A model generated the notes under the pieces. It was not told the origin of the DNA. It saw only the letters and a program-made list of their open reading frames with translations, and ran no database searches. The position numbers and the translations under genes were made by a program. Below are positions 22,581 through 35,511 of a DNA stretch of 40,213 nt, piece by piece. The stretch's first letter is position 1. Each line of letters starts with the position of its first letter. Source of the stretch: Octopus bimaculoides (taxonomy: Eukaryota); contig NC_068990.1 in assembly GCF_001194135.2 (NCBI RefSeq), positions 32,727,877-32,768,089 of the forward strand. Direction: 5' to 3'.

Positions 22581-23575
22581 CATTGGCTTAAATTGCATTT
22601 GTTAAACAGTCTTGTCTTTCAGAAGTAATACATTGCTAAATGTCTGCTTGACAGGGAATGCGCAAATAATTTTACTCTACATTTTTTTAGCAGCTTTGTT
22701 ACAAAATATATATTGTCATGTTCAGGTTAATTGAATCATAGTTGGTTCAAAATAGGTGAAAATAACAACAAGACAATATATAAAAACAGCAATAAACAAA
22801 CAACTAATTGCCACAGAAACCCCCAAAAAGATCAAGTAATTTACATGAAGGATGCAAAATTCATGCAAAAATAAAATGTTTATGGTAAATTGGAATACAG
22901 TTCTCTAGGAAGTTGGTTAAAAAAAAATATTCTAATTGATTAAACCCTGGAGAACAGGAAGGAAGAAGATGGCGAACTTCTAGCATAAGATAAAGAAGAC
23001 AAGACAAAATAAATGATAAACAGAGATGCAAGATACAACTATACAAGGAAATATCTTAAACTCTCAGGAATCGACAAAGTTCAAAATATTTTATTTAATC
23101 AACTTCAGACCATGTAAGGAAGCTTTGACTGTTTTGTGAGATAACTTAGCACATCTATAAGTCAACTTATGCTACTTCATTTGATGTGGACTGTCGTTGT
23201 GTATGCAAGTGTGCATGTACATGTATGTGTATATTTGGTGACCCAGCATGGCCACAACCTTGGGGCTGAAACACATAAAAGAATAAAAGAATATATATAT
23301 GTATATATGTTGCATTTTTTGAGATTTCAGCTTCAATGCGTTTTCATAGTTGATGAAAGTTATGCACAGAGGCAGTTTGTGTTTTTTCATTGATAGTGGC
23401 TAGTGAGAATGAACTTTGATGAACTGATTGTAAGCACTTTTGGAAATAAATACTTTTGGAAATATGACGAAAGTACTTTTAGCAATAGGGTCATCGATTG
23501 ATTGCATTGGAAACTCTGATATAGCTAAATATTTCAACCAAGGGAACACTTATCGCTCATCTACTTTTGTATTAG

Positions 23576-23587
23576 GTGAAACCAATG
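23576..23587 (+). CDS. Candidate 12-nt microexon (G)ETN(G)
   Basis: ctcatctacttttgtattAG acceptor, ATG|GTAAAT donor, phase 1-1. Confidence 0.2.
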
Positions 23588-23744
23588 GTAAATAATGAAG
23601 TATTAAGGATCTTTGTGATTTGAAAGATTTAACATTGTTTCCATTCAGCATCTGACTAAAGTAGGAAATTCTATTGTCTGAGAGTCAGCCAAGCAGTTTA
23701 ATGATGTTCATGTCATGTGTAGTCTTAGTGTTAATTTCTCCTAT

Positions 23745-24086
23745 ATATTGAAGGCTGATCTTAAAATGTTGAATCTTATGAAGGAGATGACAGAGGAGTG
23801 AAATATATGCTGCATTGCTATACATGAGAAGACCCACCCACCTTAACAAAATTGAGATCCTAAAACCAAGGTGCCTTGTAAAATCCATTGGTGTGGTTGC
23901 TACTTAAAAAGCACCGGTGATGGTGCCACACAGAAAGCACCCAGTACACTCTGTAGAAAAGCATCCAGCTGTAAGAATTGAGTCAAAACATGGAACTTGG
24001 TGTGGCCCCTGACCTTATCAGTTCCTGCCATGCCATCCAACCCATGCCAGTGTGGAAAACGGACGTTAAGTGATGATGATGATGAT
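23745..24086 (+). mobile_element. 5'-truncated RTE LINE: last codons, 3' UTR and (TGA)n tail
   Basis: ILKADLKMLNLMKEMT..HEKTHP, then ..ccatgccagtgtggaaaacggacgttaagtgatgatgatgatg. Confidence 0.75.
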
Positions 24087-24364
24087 TTTATGCTATACTT
24101 AATTTGTGACCTGTCATTCAGTTTGTTAAAGATCTCCCTAATGCCATCCTAAGGAATGGGCACACTGGGCAGTCGCTCAGGGGCCTCATGTGTCTAGGGG
24201 TCAGATTACGATCTATCTATGTTGTGACTTGCAGTCAATAAATAAATACCATAGGGTCCAGTGCCATGATTTGTCCAAGGGCTTAAAATACTGTTAAGAT
24301 GGCCCTTGATCTTCCTACACATTTAGTGAACCAACAGTACTAAATTTAGAGTAAAGTTTCTGTT

Positions 24365-25088
24365 CCTACTGAAATTTCCTTGACTTGTTCTTACTCTGGT
24401 TGCTATTCTTTCAAAACACCTTCGTCCACTGCTAATTAAGTCATCAAGAACAGAAACTACTACTTTTTCAGATTATAATAAGCATTTAAAAGCATCTATT
24501 TCTTGTGCACACCTAGTGTTTATTGTTCCTATGCATCTACCATCCACTAATTCTGCTTTCTCTGCTAATCCACCAATGATTCTACTGAACCTCTTATGTG
24601 TCCATAGTTTTCAGTAAGCAGACAATAAGGATTTTCTATCTACTCCTTTTTTACATATTGAGAGAGACAGTTTCCCTGATAGTAGCGAGATTCTGTTTGC
24701 TTTCCTACTTACTAATATTTTAGTCTGTGCTAAGATGATTTTGAAGTTTTGCTTCGATGCCTGAGATTTCTTTTCTAACTCTATTATGGATTGAGCTACA
24801 AGATTGAAATCATCAACATATAAGCATTCTAATGGGCACCCAGTCTTAAACTCTAAATTTAAGGTCTGCAGGTCTATGATAAATAAAAAGGGACTGAGCA
24901 CTGAGTATTGGTGGACTTCCACCTGCACATTAGATTTATTACTTTACTCATTGTTAACTCTCACTTTGCTGATAACACTTTTATACATGTGTTGTATGAT
25001 TTTCACAAGCCTTTTGTCTATTCTCAGCTTCCTCAGCAACTGCCAGATCACTGAATGAGGGACTTTGTCAAAAGCTTTCATCAGGTCA
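24365..25088 (-). mobile_element. RTE LINE reverse transcriptase remnant
   Basis: VDLMKAFDKVPHSVIWQLLRKL..VHQYSVLSPFLFII..CPLECLYVDD..LDDLISSG correspond to DLxKAFD, GVxQGSVLSP and YADD motifs. Confidence 0.92.
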
Positions 25089-25499
25089 ACACACACGCAC
25101 ACGCATGCACACACACACACGCACACACACACACACATGCACTATGTCTCTGCCGTTGACACTAAAACAATAATTAGGGTGACTATGTTATATTTAATCA
25201 ATTAACAGAATCCATAATCTCATCAAAGCTCTTTTAAGATTCTTGAACCATTTTCTGTTGCAGTTATAAATTGTTCCTTCCATACTGTATTCTACTTCCC
25301 TTTCCTTCATATCAGAATCTGTTTTGCAACAAGTTTTCATGAAAGACTTCAGAAAATCTCAAACTTTTTTCTTCTCCCAAATAAAATAAATTCATATAAA
25401 AAAATCTCTCTAAATCTTTATTTATCAATTTATTCTTATAGTTTCAAAGAAATCACAAAAGACATGAAAACTTTCAGCTTCCCTCTACCTCTCCCTCTC

Positions 25500-25549
25500 C
25501 TATATATACCATTTACATATATACATATAGACCATACATATATATACAT

Positions 25550-25584
<35 letters not shown>

Positions 25585-25597
25585 CATACACACACAC

Positions 25598-25648
<51 letters not shown>

Positions 25649-25780
25649 CACACACGTGTGTGTATATATACATATATATATCATGAAGATGATGATATAT
25701 ATATATATATATATATATACATACATACATATATATATATACATACAGACATATATGTATACATATATATATACATATAC

Positions 25781-25828
<48 letters not shown>

Positions 25829-25860
25829 ACATTCATATATTTATATCTATATATTTAGCT
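25500..25860. repeat. Compound microsatellite block
   Basis: (TA)n/(CA)n. Confidence 0.95.
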
Positions 25861-26779
25861 CCTTAGAATTGTGCATTGATTTGTAATTGAGCATTTCCAA
25901 TCTTTCAGATCAGTCTCATAATACTTCAAAAACACAAAAAAACAAAAAAAAAAAAATAATAAAACCAAAATAAAAGAAAAGGAAAATATTCTTTTGAGAA
26001 CCAACTTGATATAAAAACAGGCAATAAACACAATGCAATAATACATACATAAAAACAAAAAGAACAGAAACAAAGACACACTTAACATCATTTAGTGAAA
26101 TTCAATTCTTCTAACCATTATTTTTTTTCTTTGAAATTGAGTGTGAAAAAAATAAAATAGAGAAAACTAAAAAACTGTAATTTGGAAGTAAGGTAGAAAA
26201 TTCAGCAAGGTAAAAAAAACAACCCAGAATGGTTAATAGAACAAAGAAAAATCAAGAAGTAATTGGTAAAATTAACAACATTTTGATTTCCAAAATATCT
26301 ATAGTTTAGTACAACAGATATTTTTTTCTTCAATCTGTGTGTATTCCTTTCGGGACATTTGCCAAAACAGTGAATGAATTTGAAAAGATAAAAGGAAATA
26401 GCTTGGATAAAAAAAAATTGTTGGTTATAATATATATATTATTTTATATAATAATGTAATATACATATTTATGAGTACATAAGGATGTGTATATATAAAT
26501 GAGATGTGTGTACGTGTCTTTCGTTCTCTCTCTTGATACTATATTACAGATACTATATTTTTTACCAAATTTTTTGGTAAAAAAATATATATTTAACATA
26601 TATATACGTGCATATATAAATGTATCCAAGTGTATGTTTCTTTCATTGTCTCTCACTCTCAGTATATATACCGATACATATATATGCGTGTGTGTATGTG
26701 TGAGCGAGAAAGACGAAGATGTGTAAATTAGGTGTAGAAGATGTATGTAAATTTGTTGAAAATACACACACATATTGGC

Positions 26780-27100
26780 ATTTTATACATCTTAAAATTA
26801 AGTATGTGTATGGTATGTGTGTGTGTGTATGTATATATATATAAATATATATATGTATATATATATATATATGTATATACATACATATGTTTATATATGC
26901 TTGTATAAGTGGATAGGTAATATGTGTGAGTGTTTATGAGTATAATATTTATATATATATTTATATATGTTTGTGTATATGTATAAGTTCAAGAAATATA
27001 AATATCTATCTATCTATATATATATTATCTATATACGTGTGTGTGTGTGTGTATGTATATTATATATATATATATATGTATATATATGTATATAAATGTA

Positions 27101-27156
<56 letters not shown>

Positions 27157-27394
27157 NNNNNNNNNNNNNNNNNNNNNNNNNNNNNNNNNNNNNNNNNNNN
27201 NNNNNNNNNNNNNNNNNNNNNNNNNNNNNNNNNNNNNNNNNNNNNNNNNNNNNNNNNNNNNNNNNNNNNNNNNNNNNNNNNNNNNNNNNNNNNNNNNNNN
27301 NNNNNNNNNNNNNNNNNNNNNNNNNNNNNNNNNNNNNNNNNNNNNNNNNNNNNNNNNNNNNNNNNNNNNNNNNNNNNNNNNNNNNNNNNNNNNN
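26780..27394. repeat. Microsatellite block running into an assembly gap (27157-27394)
   Basis: (TA)n/(TG)n, then N. Confidence 0.95.
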
Positions 27395-27631
27395 TTTTTT
27401 TTACAAATGTTTCTCATTTCTATGGTTCAACTGTGTTTCTGAATGCAATGTCTTACTCAGGTGTACATAATTATTAAATTGACAGGTAAAGTTTGAGCAT
27501 TCTTGAATGCTAATTTTGTTCCACAATATTTTTTTTTTTTTTTTTGCTTGTATTATTTTGAACTGAGATATTTATTTTTAATAATCTTAAATGTTATTCA
27601 AATCAGATTACTTATTCAGATAAAATGCTTG

Positions 27632-27700
27632 CACCACCACCACCACCGCCACTGCCACCGCCGCCACCACTGCCACTGCCGCCACCACCATTACCACCAG
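27632..27700. repeat. Degenerate (CAC/CGC/TGC)n trinucleotide repeat
   Basis: Direct inspection. Confidence 0.85.
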
Positions 27701-28764
27701 TTTTATCACTGTTACTACAACAATCACTACTGCCATTAAGATCATCCAGTCTCAGGAGGCCTTTGAATGTCGTGTGCACTGCCCCTCAACCAGTGTAGAA
27801 TCCTTGTTACTCATAACTGAAGCCAATTAAAACGCTTCAATGTAATTCTTCAAGTTAATCATTATAAGATGCCATATCACTTTTTAGAATTTTATTACTA
27901 TTTCTAAAACTTGGGCCATAGATTCTAAATGAAGTAAGAGTATGAACTGATGGCGAGCATTGCCTAACTCTATTCTCCAATGATAAACATATATGTTTAC
28001 CATGTTTGAAATGGATATGAAATATCTCAGATGATATTTCTTTTCAAACTCCACAAACCTTTATATACATTTATGACAATGTAAACACAGTTTTCCAAAG
28101 TCAAGATCACTTCTTTATGTTCAGAAATTATTTAAAGTCTGAGAGTTAAGGTGGTAGCCTTATCTGGTCACTCAAACTGCTAGAAATAAATGAAATGGTA
28201 GCATCAATATTACTCTAAAGTTTAGGTATGGTATGGTTAATTAAATGCTCACAGGGTCTTGTTGAGATATAGCTTCTTCAATGCTCACTGCCAACTTTAG
28301 TGAAGATGTGCAAGATTTACTCCCTTGGCAAATCATTACTTCTTCTATGCAAAAGTAAGATGTATGGGTATACACCCTTCTGTTATACCATACTTATATG
28401 TGAGTGTATGTGTGGAGTGTATATATGTATATGAAGTATGTGTGTGAGGGAGAGTACATGGACACTCATCATTGCCATTTCTCCCTGACATTGTTTGCTA
28501 TACACTGTCTTCTCTTCTTTCTTCCAGTTAGCCAGAGGACCCCCACTTCCCCTTTTGCTCTCTTCTTTTTCTCCTCATCCTTCTCTTTGTACATACACAC
28601 TTACTCTTGATGGCTTGAAGGATAGAGGGAGGGGAAATTGTAATTTATTGAGTAGTATTGTTTGTTTAAATTAATTGGACATGCATAAGAGCCCTCTGTC
28701 AGCTGACAAGCGTTGGCGCAAATCTTCTTCATTTTCTGATGTTGACAACAGTCCTCTAACTACT

Positions 28765-29420
28765 CACCTTTCTGATCAAGTCCACAATCAATGCTGGCAC
28801 AGAGAAATGTAGGTCGAGTGAAACTGTTGAAATGTTAGAGCAGTGGTGTGTAGATGTGTGCTGTATGCACAAGCTAAGATGGAGGGCAGTTTCAGCTAGA
28901 CTCTTTGCGAGCAAGGAACAAAGATGCAAATTCTCTTGAGTAGGCAACAGAGATGGGGTGGGTACTGTAAGATTCCAGGGTGTACATGAAGTTTTCTCCT
29001 AGAAATGAAGTGGGAACAAAGCTGCTGGGGTTCTGGAATGCAAATGACTTGATCTGTAATACTAATTGCTGCAAACTAGCCAGCCACTCAGTCACTTATC
29101 AATTTGGTGGGGACACAAGCTAGATTGATTAAATTTTTACTAGATAAAAGGATAGATAGATGACTGTGAATCCAAAGTCCTTCTCTGGTAAAGAATATAC
29201 AACCCAACTGATTAGTCACTCCCACTTGAGAAACCAGACCAGTCTGGAAAAGGATGATATGGAAGTAAAAATGTCAGAAACTTAGAGGTGTTCTCATTGG
29301 AGCTTTTGGTAAAAAGGAGGGGTGAGACAGAGACGTATAGCACAGAAGACAACTGGATATATTTTGGGACAACATACTGAGAGCCACAGATCAAATCTGT
29401 AGCTAGTGAAAGTCCCAGTT
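28765..29420 (+). mobile_element. RTE LINE APE endonuclease remnant with internal deletion
   Basis: INAGTEKCRSSETVEMLEQWCVDVCCMHKLRWRAVSARL..VGNRDGVG / RNEVGTKLLGFWNANDLICNT..HSVTYQFGG..*ID / EDNWI..DNILRATDQIC. Confidence 0.88.
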
Positions 29421-29714
29421 GTAAATTTAACCGTTTATCCATAATTTTTTTTACAGTTTTGTGTAATAAAAAGTGACTTAATAATTTTGAAAACAATTTT
29501 TAAAAATGTAACTAGAAATAATATTTAATGAAAGCTAGTCAAAGAAAATTTATAATTTTGAGTATTTAAGATGTAAACTATTATTAAACTTTAAAAAAAC
29601 AACTTATATAACAGTAAAGTTACTCTAGAAAAGGAAAAGCAAAATGCATCAGTATTTACAGATTCAACCTATTACAACAGAGTTCCTTAACTGTGTGTAT
29701 GTGTGTGTGTGTAT

Positions 29715-29749
<35 letters not shown>

Positions 29750-29777
29750 CACACACATGTATACACATGTATATATA

Positions 29778-30770
29778 CAGAATGTTTCAAAAAATTCGAT
29801 ATCATTTAGCAATCTAATAACTTTGCCAGTTCTTGTTCAAATGACTTCAAATTTTAACAGCATGTGTAGAAACAGATCAAAATTTTATGTTTAATGTTTG
29901 ATATGTTTATCTTTTCAGATACAGACATGGCATTCACTGGAAGAGGAAAGGCGTTTTGTGTGTTGGAGTATGCTTGAACACAGTCGATCAAGACTGTGCA
30001 GCATGCATTTGTGAGAGAGTTCTCTAAAAAGTCACCAACAGCAATGCAGATTTGTATATGGCATAATAAATTCTAAGAAGGCTGTCTGTGAAGGGCAGAA
30101 GGATCTGGATGACCATTAACATTGGAAGAGACAGTCTGGCGGGTTTGCCAAAATCTCTTGTGAAACCCCAAGAAGTCGATAAGAAGAACAAATCTGGAAA
30201 CCCAAATTCCTCCAATAACAGTTTGATGTATCCTGATGAAACGCTTGCAAATGAAACCCTTTGCAAATGAACATGGAGACTTCGTTTTTCAACAGGATGG
30301 GGCTCCACCTCACTGGAAGCTTACTGTGTGGGCTTATCTCAATGACAATCTGCGAGGGAGATATGTTTTTGAAATGGCCACCACATTCACCTGACCTGAC
30401 ACCTTGCAATTTTTTTTCTCTGGGGCTATGTGAAGGGCTTAATCTATGCCCCCACTCTTCCTGTAAACTTAGAGGAACTCAAGCAGAGAATTACTACCAC
30501 ACTGGAGACTGTTACCCAAGACATGCTACAGTGTGCTTGGGAGGAGCTGGACTACCGACTTGATATGTGTGCCATGTCTCAGGCGGTGTGCATATTGAAC
30601 ATTTCTGAAATCGTTTATGGAATCCGCACACCTTTGGATTTCTCATTCAAATTAGGAGGAATAAATCTTATGTTGCTCAACATTAAGCTTGTTTAGTTTA
30701 ATTTACTTTGACTATGTAGTTTCTGTGATATTTACATCTCAAATGATATCAAATTTTTTGAAACACCCTG
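29778..30770 (+). mobile_element. Internally deleted Tc1/mariner-superfamily DNA transposon (993 bp)
   Basis: 30-bp TIRs (cagaatgtttcaaaaaattcgatatcattt / aaatgatatcaaattttttgaaacaccctg, 3 mismatches); TA on both flanks; decayed transposase from ATG 29927: MAFTGRGKAFCVLEY..GSG*P..FQQDGAPPH..WPPHSPDLTPCNFFLWGYVKGLIY..LEELKQRI..ELDYRLDMC. Confidence 0.95.
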
Positions 30771-31328
30771 TATGTATATATATATATATATTTGTTTTTT
30801 TTTCTATGTGTCTATGTAGAATTCTTATGCTTGTTTTTTTTTTTAATTTCCTTATCTGACGTCATCATTAATTGAATACAGTAATATCTTAAATTGAATT
30901 CCCTCTTAGCGTTCTTTTCGTAGGAGTTTGAGTAATGAATATTTTTCTTATGTTCAATTTGAATTTCATTAATTTTGGATCACCTTGATAATGTTGTGTT
31001 AGCATATATTTTCAGAAATATTAATATTAATAATATTTTGTGTGTATGTGTGTTTTAATGCAATAGAAACAATTACCAGCTTTAAAGTGAGATCTGTGAA
31101 AAAGATGTAATTTTCTCTGTATGTATTTTTTCTTGTAAAATACTCTGAATTTCTCGAAATTCTGCTAAGCGACATTTGGATTTACTGGTCACACATGAGG
31201 ATTTACATTGGATGTGTATTCTACTTACATTTACTTGTGTCTAACTGTTGGATACTATTAACCAACTGAGTGTTTTATTGATATCTGCTTGGACGTTTTA
31301 ATCCCTTTTACTTCTCTCTCTCTCTCTC

Positions 31329-31360
<32 letters not shown>

Positions 31361-31363
<3 letters not shown>

Positions 31364-31690
31364 GAGAATTTATGAAAAAAGCAACAGACGAAGACAGGTG
31401 GTGTAAACAACAAATGGATGTATTAGTATAATGCTCAGGAATAGAGAAAATCTTTAGCGTGTCGAGCCTACGCTCTTCAACTGAAAGGAACACAGAAAGA
31501 AACAAGGAGAGAAAAAAATATAAATGTAGTGGTCAGCGAGCTATCATGGCAAATGCCGGACAGNNNNNNNNNNAATGTAGTGGTCAGCGAGCTATCATGG
31601 CAAATGCCGGACAGAAGGATCACACAGGAGAGCTAAGAAAAAGGGGAGATAACAAAGAAGTGGTGAACCCAAAACCCAGTTGCTCTTTCA
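31361..31690 (-). repeat. Dispersed repeat with degenerate hammerhead-like motif; contains a 10-N gap (31564-31573) flanked by a 41-bp duplication
   Basis: Homologous to 2950-3158; 31523-31563 is identical to 31574-31614 (likely assembly artefact). Confidence 0.55.
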
Positions 31691-33230
31691 GTTCACTTAT
31701 GCTCTATCTTTTATACAAGTTAATCTAACATCCTCTACTTGAAATATAACATGCTACTCTTAACACTCAAACGTACCTCTGAGTAAGCTAACATATTTTA
31801 CTTGAGATATAACATGATACCTCTTAGTCACGCGAAAAGACAGACTGGCAGAACCATCTCTTTCATCCTGATTATTAAAGATAATTGGAGGCTGATTGGT
31901 ATTGTTTAGCCCTAGGCTGGATTTTTATCAAGCAGGCCATTTACTCTGTTTTTAGGTATGTGTAAGATGATATTATTCAGGTTATCCTTCCTTATTCAAA
32001 ATAACATTTAGAAACCAAAACAATGTGAAGAAATGCATTGTAACCAGCAGTGTATAACAACATCCAATAATCTGATCAATGCAGTGATACACGCATGTAG
32101 TATATTTTCAGAACAAGAGTTCAAAATCTTGATTATGAACATGTTGTAGTAGCACTCATAAAAAAAAAAATCATTGTCAGGTGTCTTGAGACACAACAAA
32201 TGTGACAAAAAAACAAAAAAACAAACCATAAACTCAAATTTTCATTATATTAAACTTACAAAAACGAGTATTGATGAAAAAATATATATAGAAGCATTTT
32301 GTTTGTAAATGATTTATTGCAACCATTGAAAAAGATTTTCATCATGTATGGCAGCCATTTAGATGTCACAGATCTCACTGCAAACTGTATGAAAAACTTA
32401 AGAAGAGCAAAGCAAATATAATCCATCTAACTACTGTTTTCTTCAGTTTTTGTTCCATGCAAACTTGATACACAGATTTTGTTGTGTATGTTTTAAATAT
32501 GTTTTTTTTTTACATACACAGATAAACTAGTCGAATAAACAAAGTAAATAAGTTTTTGTGTTATCCATGAAAGTGCTACAGCCTCAAATAATCCTAATGC
32601 GATACCTGTCAAAATACGAGACCCATACTTTTGGAATTACTGTGCTACATTGCATTCCTAATAAAACAAAACATTGATTCTTGACTATCCAACCAGTGTT
32701 ATGTGTTCTCTTTGTTGCTTTCACTACAACTGCATCTTCTATTATTCTGAACTGGTCAGTGGCATGATACCTCATTACAAACCCACTTTGTATGTACCAG
32801 CAAAGAAGCTTCTACAAGCACTCCCAATTTGCTAAAAGTAGCAATCAGATCTCCCTCAAATCATGTGCTATTTGTCTTAATAAAAGAAGAATACATTGGA
32901 TAATGTAATTCATAAATCTGTTTAGTCAGAGCTCACTTGGATTGAAACTAAAACAGCAATAGCAACAACAATGACTGAGTTAATGTAGGCACCCCTCTGC
33001 CACTTGTCTGTAGGGTCTCACTTCCCAGACTCCATAAACTCATTGCCTAATTTTTTCTCCCATAAAATCCAATCTTTAGGAACTCCCAGATTCCACTCTC
33101 ATCCTACTGTAGACATCATCCTACAAAAAACTGAAGATCAACATTATGAGTCTGCAAGATTCTGCTGCTCTTTTGCCACACAGATAACAAAGCAGGGTTT
33201 GTTCTGATATGTTGTTGCTATTTCTTGCAG

Positions 33231-33409
33231 GTGAAACAACCATTTAAAAGCACCCTTATTGATCCAGTACATTTAAGGTTTTATACTTTACGGATTTATT
33301 GTTTAAAGCTGTAATCTAATCCATAATTTCAGTATGACTTACCATTATAGACAAAAATTTGTATTTGTATGGTATTTTAAGGTGTCATATCAGCATGACT
33401 ATCAATAAA
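33231..33409 (+). other. Candidate terminal exon (phase 1: (G)ETTI*; AATAAA at 33404)
   Basis: ttCTGATatgttgttgctatttcttgcAG|G is a strong acceptor; poly(A) signal about 160 nt after the stop. Confidence 0.3.
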
Positions 33410-33634
33410 GCTTAAATAGCACACCTAGTCTGCACTGGGTGCATTTTATTAAGGTATCAGCGCTACTAGGATTGTCCTGTCCCTGGTAAAACTAAAAAAC
33501 CCTTCCTAATCTATACTGGTCGGTTTTTTTTGTTGTTGTTTTTTTCAAGGAATATTTGACTGACACAATGACTAGAAGAGAGAAGATGAACAAGAGAATG
33601 AAAAATGAAACAGTATGAGCATGGTAGTGCTGGT

Positions 33635-33885
33635 AGAAGCACATGGCTTAGTGGTTAGGGTGTCGGACTCATGATCATGAGATTGTGGTTTCGATTCTAG
33701 GATCGGGCGACACATTGTGTTCTTGAGCAAGACACTTCATTCACATTACTCTAGTCCACTCAGCTGGCAAAAATGAGTAATCCTGTGAGGGACCAGTGAC
33801 CCGTCCAGGTGCCGAATATATACACCATAAAACCGGGAAACTGGCCCTTGTGAGTTGGCATGAATTAAGTAGGGAACTTTACCTT
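33635..33885 (+). mobile_element. SINE family D with an alternative tail
   Basis: TGGCTTAGTGG A-box, GGTTTCGATTCT B-box, core gtgttcttgagcaagacactt. Confidence 0.8.
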
Positions 33886-34224
33886 TATGGTAGTCGTAGG
33901 AGAAAGAGATAAGAGCATGAAAAAGGTATGTGAGGTTGTAAGAGAAGAGAAGGAGTGATAGCTAAACACCTCGACACAACTGCTAACATGCAGACAGTTT
34001 ACTTATAATATGGCAGTCAGTTCTTTTCTTATAAAACCAAAGCAAACAAACAAAAATATAGAGTTCCATGATAAAGAATAATTTCTTTCTATTTCTTTTT
34101 ATAGCAAAATTACATTTAAGCAGTTAAATATTAAAAACATGGATGTAAAAGAGAAATTTAGCCTGACAGAGAAACATTAGTTAAAAGAAATGGCTTTTCT
34201 TATATTTTCATCCTCCCATCTTAG

Positions 34225-34265
<41 letters not shown>

Positions 34266-34763
34266 TGCCATTAGGTACGGCAAGGTGAAACCACTGTCAT
34301 TGCATTTGTTACATTTCTGGTGCCGGTCACTATAAGAAATCTCTTAAAAGGTATATACATAAGATGCTCGCAGTGCGTGTCAATCGTGAAATCTTACCAC
34401 CTTTTAGAATTAGAGTGGTTTTGAATAGCTTATAAAGAGAAAAGAACTTTTCAATTATGTTATTTTACTACAGACACACACACCCACATACACACATGCA
34501 GAGAAACACACACACACACACACACACACACAATCAGTGATGTACATGTACACATGTTTGTTGTGTGTGTGTGTGTGTGTGTGTGTACATGTGCGTGCGA
34601 GTGTGTGCATGTGTGTACACAAGAACACAAATGTGAGCTTATGGAATTTTTTTTTTATCCTGTTTTTCTCTTTGCCATTAAATATTGCATAAAAAAGTTT
34701 AGACAAGATGTTTTAGAATATGGCGCGAACAGAAATGGTAACACTTAAACATGTCTACACATA

Positions 34764-34798
<35 letters not shown>

Positions 34799-35294
34799 AA
34801 CGATGATGATAACTGAGTATGACGATGATGATGATGATATTAAACTGAAAGAATCATAGTCTTAAAAAAACTTAGAAGTAAATTACAAATGGAAATAAAA
34901 ATTGTCATGCTGAGCTGTTGACAAAATCTTCTCCATGATTAATAATGCTCTACAAATACTCTCCATAGTTTAATATTCCACAAATGTATTTGATGATTAA
35001 TATGCCACAAATATTCTTCATTGTTTAACATTCCGCATCTACAAGATACTCTGGCATGTAACCACCACTATCTCTATTTTCTTTTCAACCACTTCCATCC
35101 CACCCCATCCCAATAATAATAATACAGGGTAGTTATGCATTTCCTCTGCTGCAAGACACTTGGGCTTGTTCCTCTATTATACTTTTTAGCCTCTCGACAC
35201 TTGGTATAGAACCATTTCCTTGCCTCTCGATAACCCTGCTCACCATTAGTTGAGGGGAACTTTTCCTTTTCCTTGTGCTTTCTTGCAAGTTAAA

Positions 35295-35500
35295 TTATGA
35301 CCACACTAGTGCTGGTTGCATGAAAAAGCATCCAGTGCACACTGTAAAGTGGTTGGCATGAGGAAAGGTATCCAGTTGTAGAAAACATATCAAAACTAAT
35401 ACAGGAGTACAACACAGCTCTGTTGCTTGCCAGACCCTATCAAGCCATCTGATATATGCCAGTATGGAAAATGGGCATTGAATGATGATAATTATGATGA
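35295..35500 (+). mobile_element. RTE-tail repeat
   Basis: gaggaaaggtatccagttgtagaaa..atgccagtatggaaaatgggcattgaatgatgat. Confidence 0.7.
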
Positions 35501-35511
35501 TACATCATCAT

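Noticed and set aside
27620-27797. Formin FH1-like polyproline frame (MLAPPPPPPLPPPPPLPLPPPPLPP..)
   Set aside because: The variation pattern CAC>CGC>TGC fits neutral trinucleotide decay; no donor site and no FH2 exons were found.
28697-28708. Perfect 12-bp palindrome TGTCAGCTGACA
   Set aside because: Short, next to an RTE remnant, and expected occasionally by chance.
32480-32635. Minus-strand frame KYGSRILTGIALGLFEAVALSWITQKL resembling transporter TM segments (SLC6 EAVAVSW)
   Set aside because: Lacks the conserved YG, has a weak acceptor, no clear donor, and no other transporter exons in the window.
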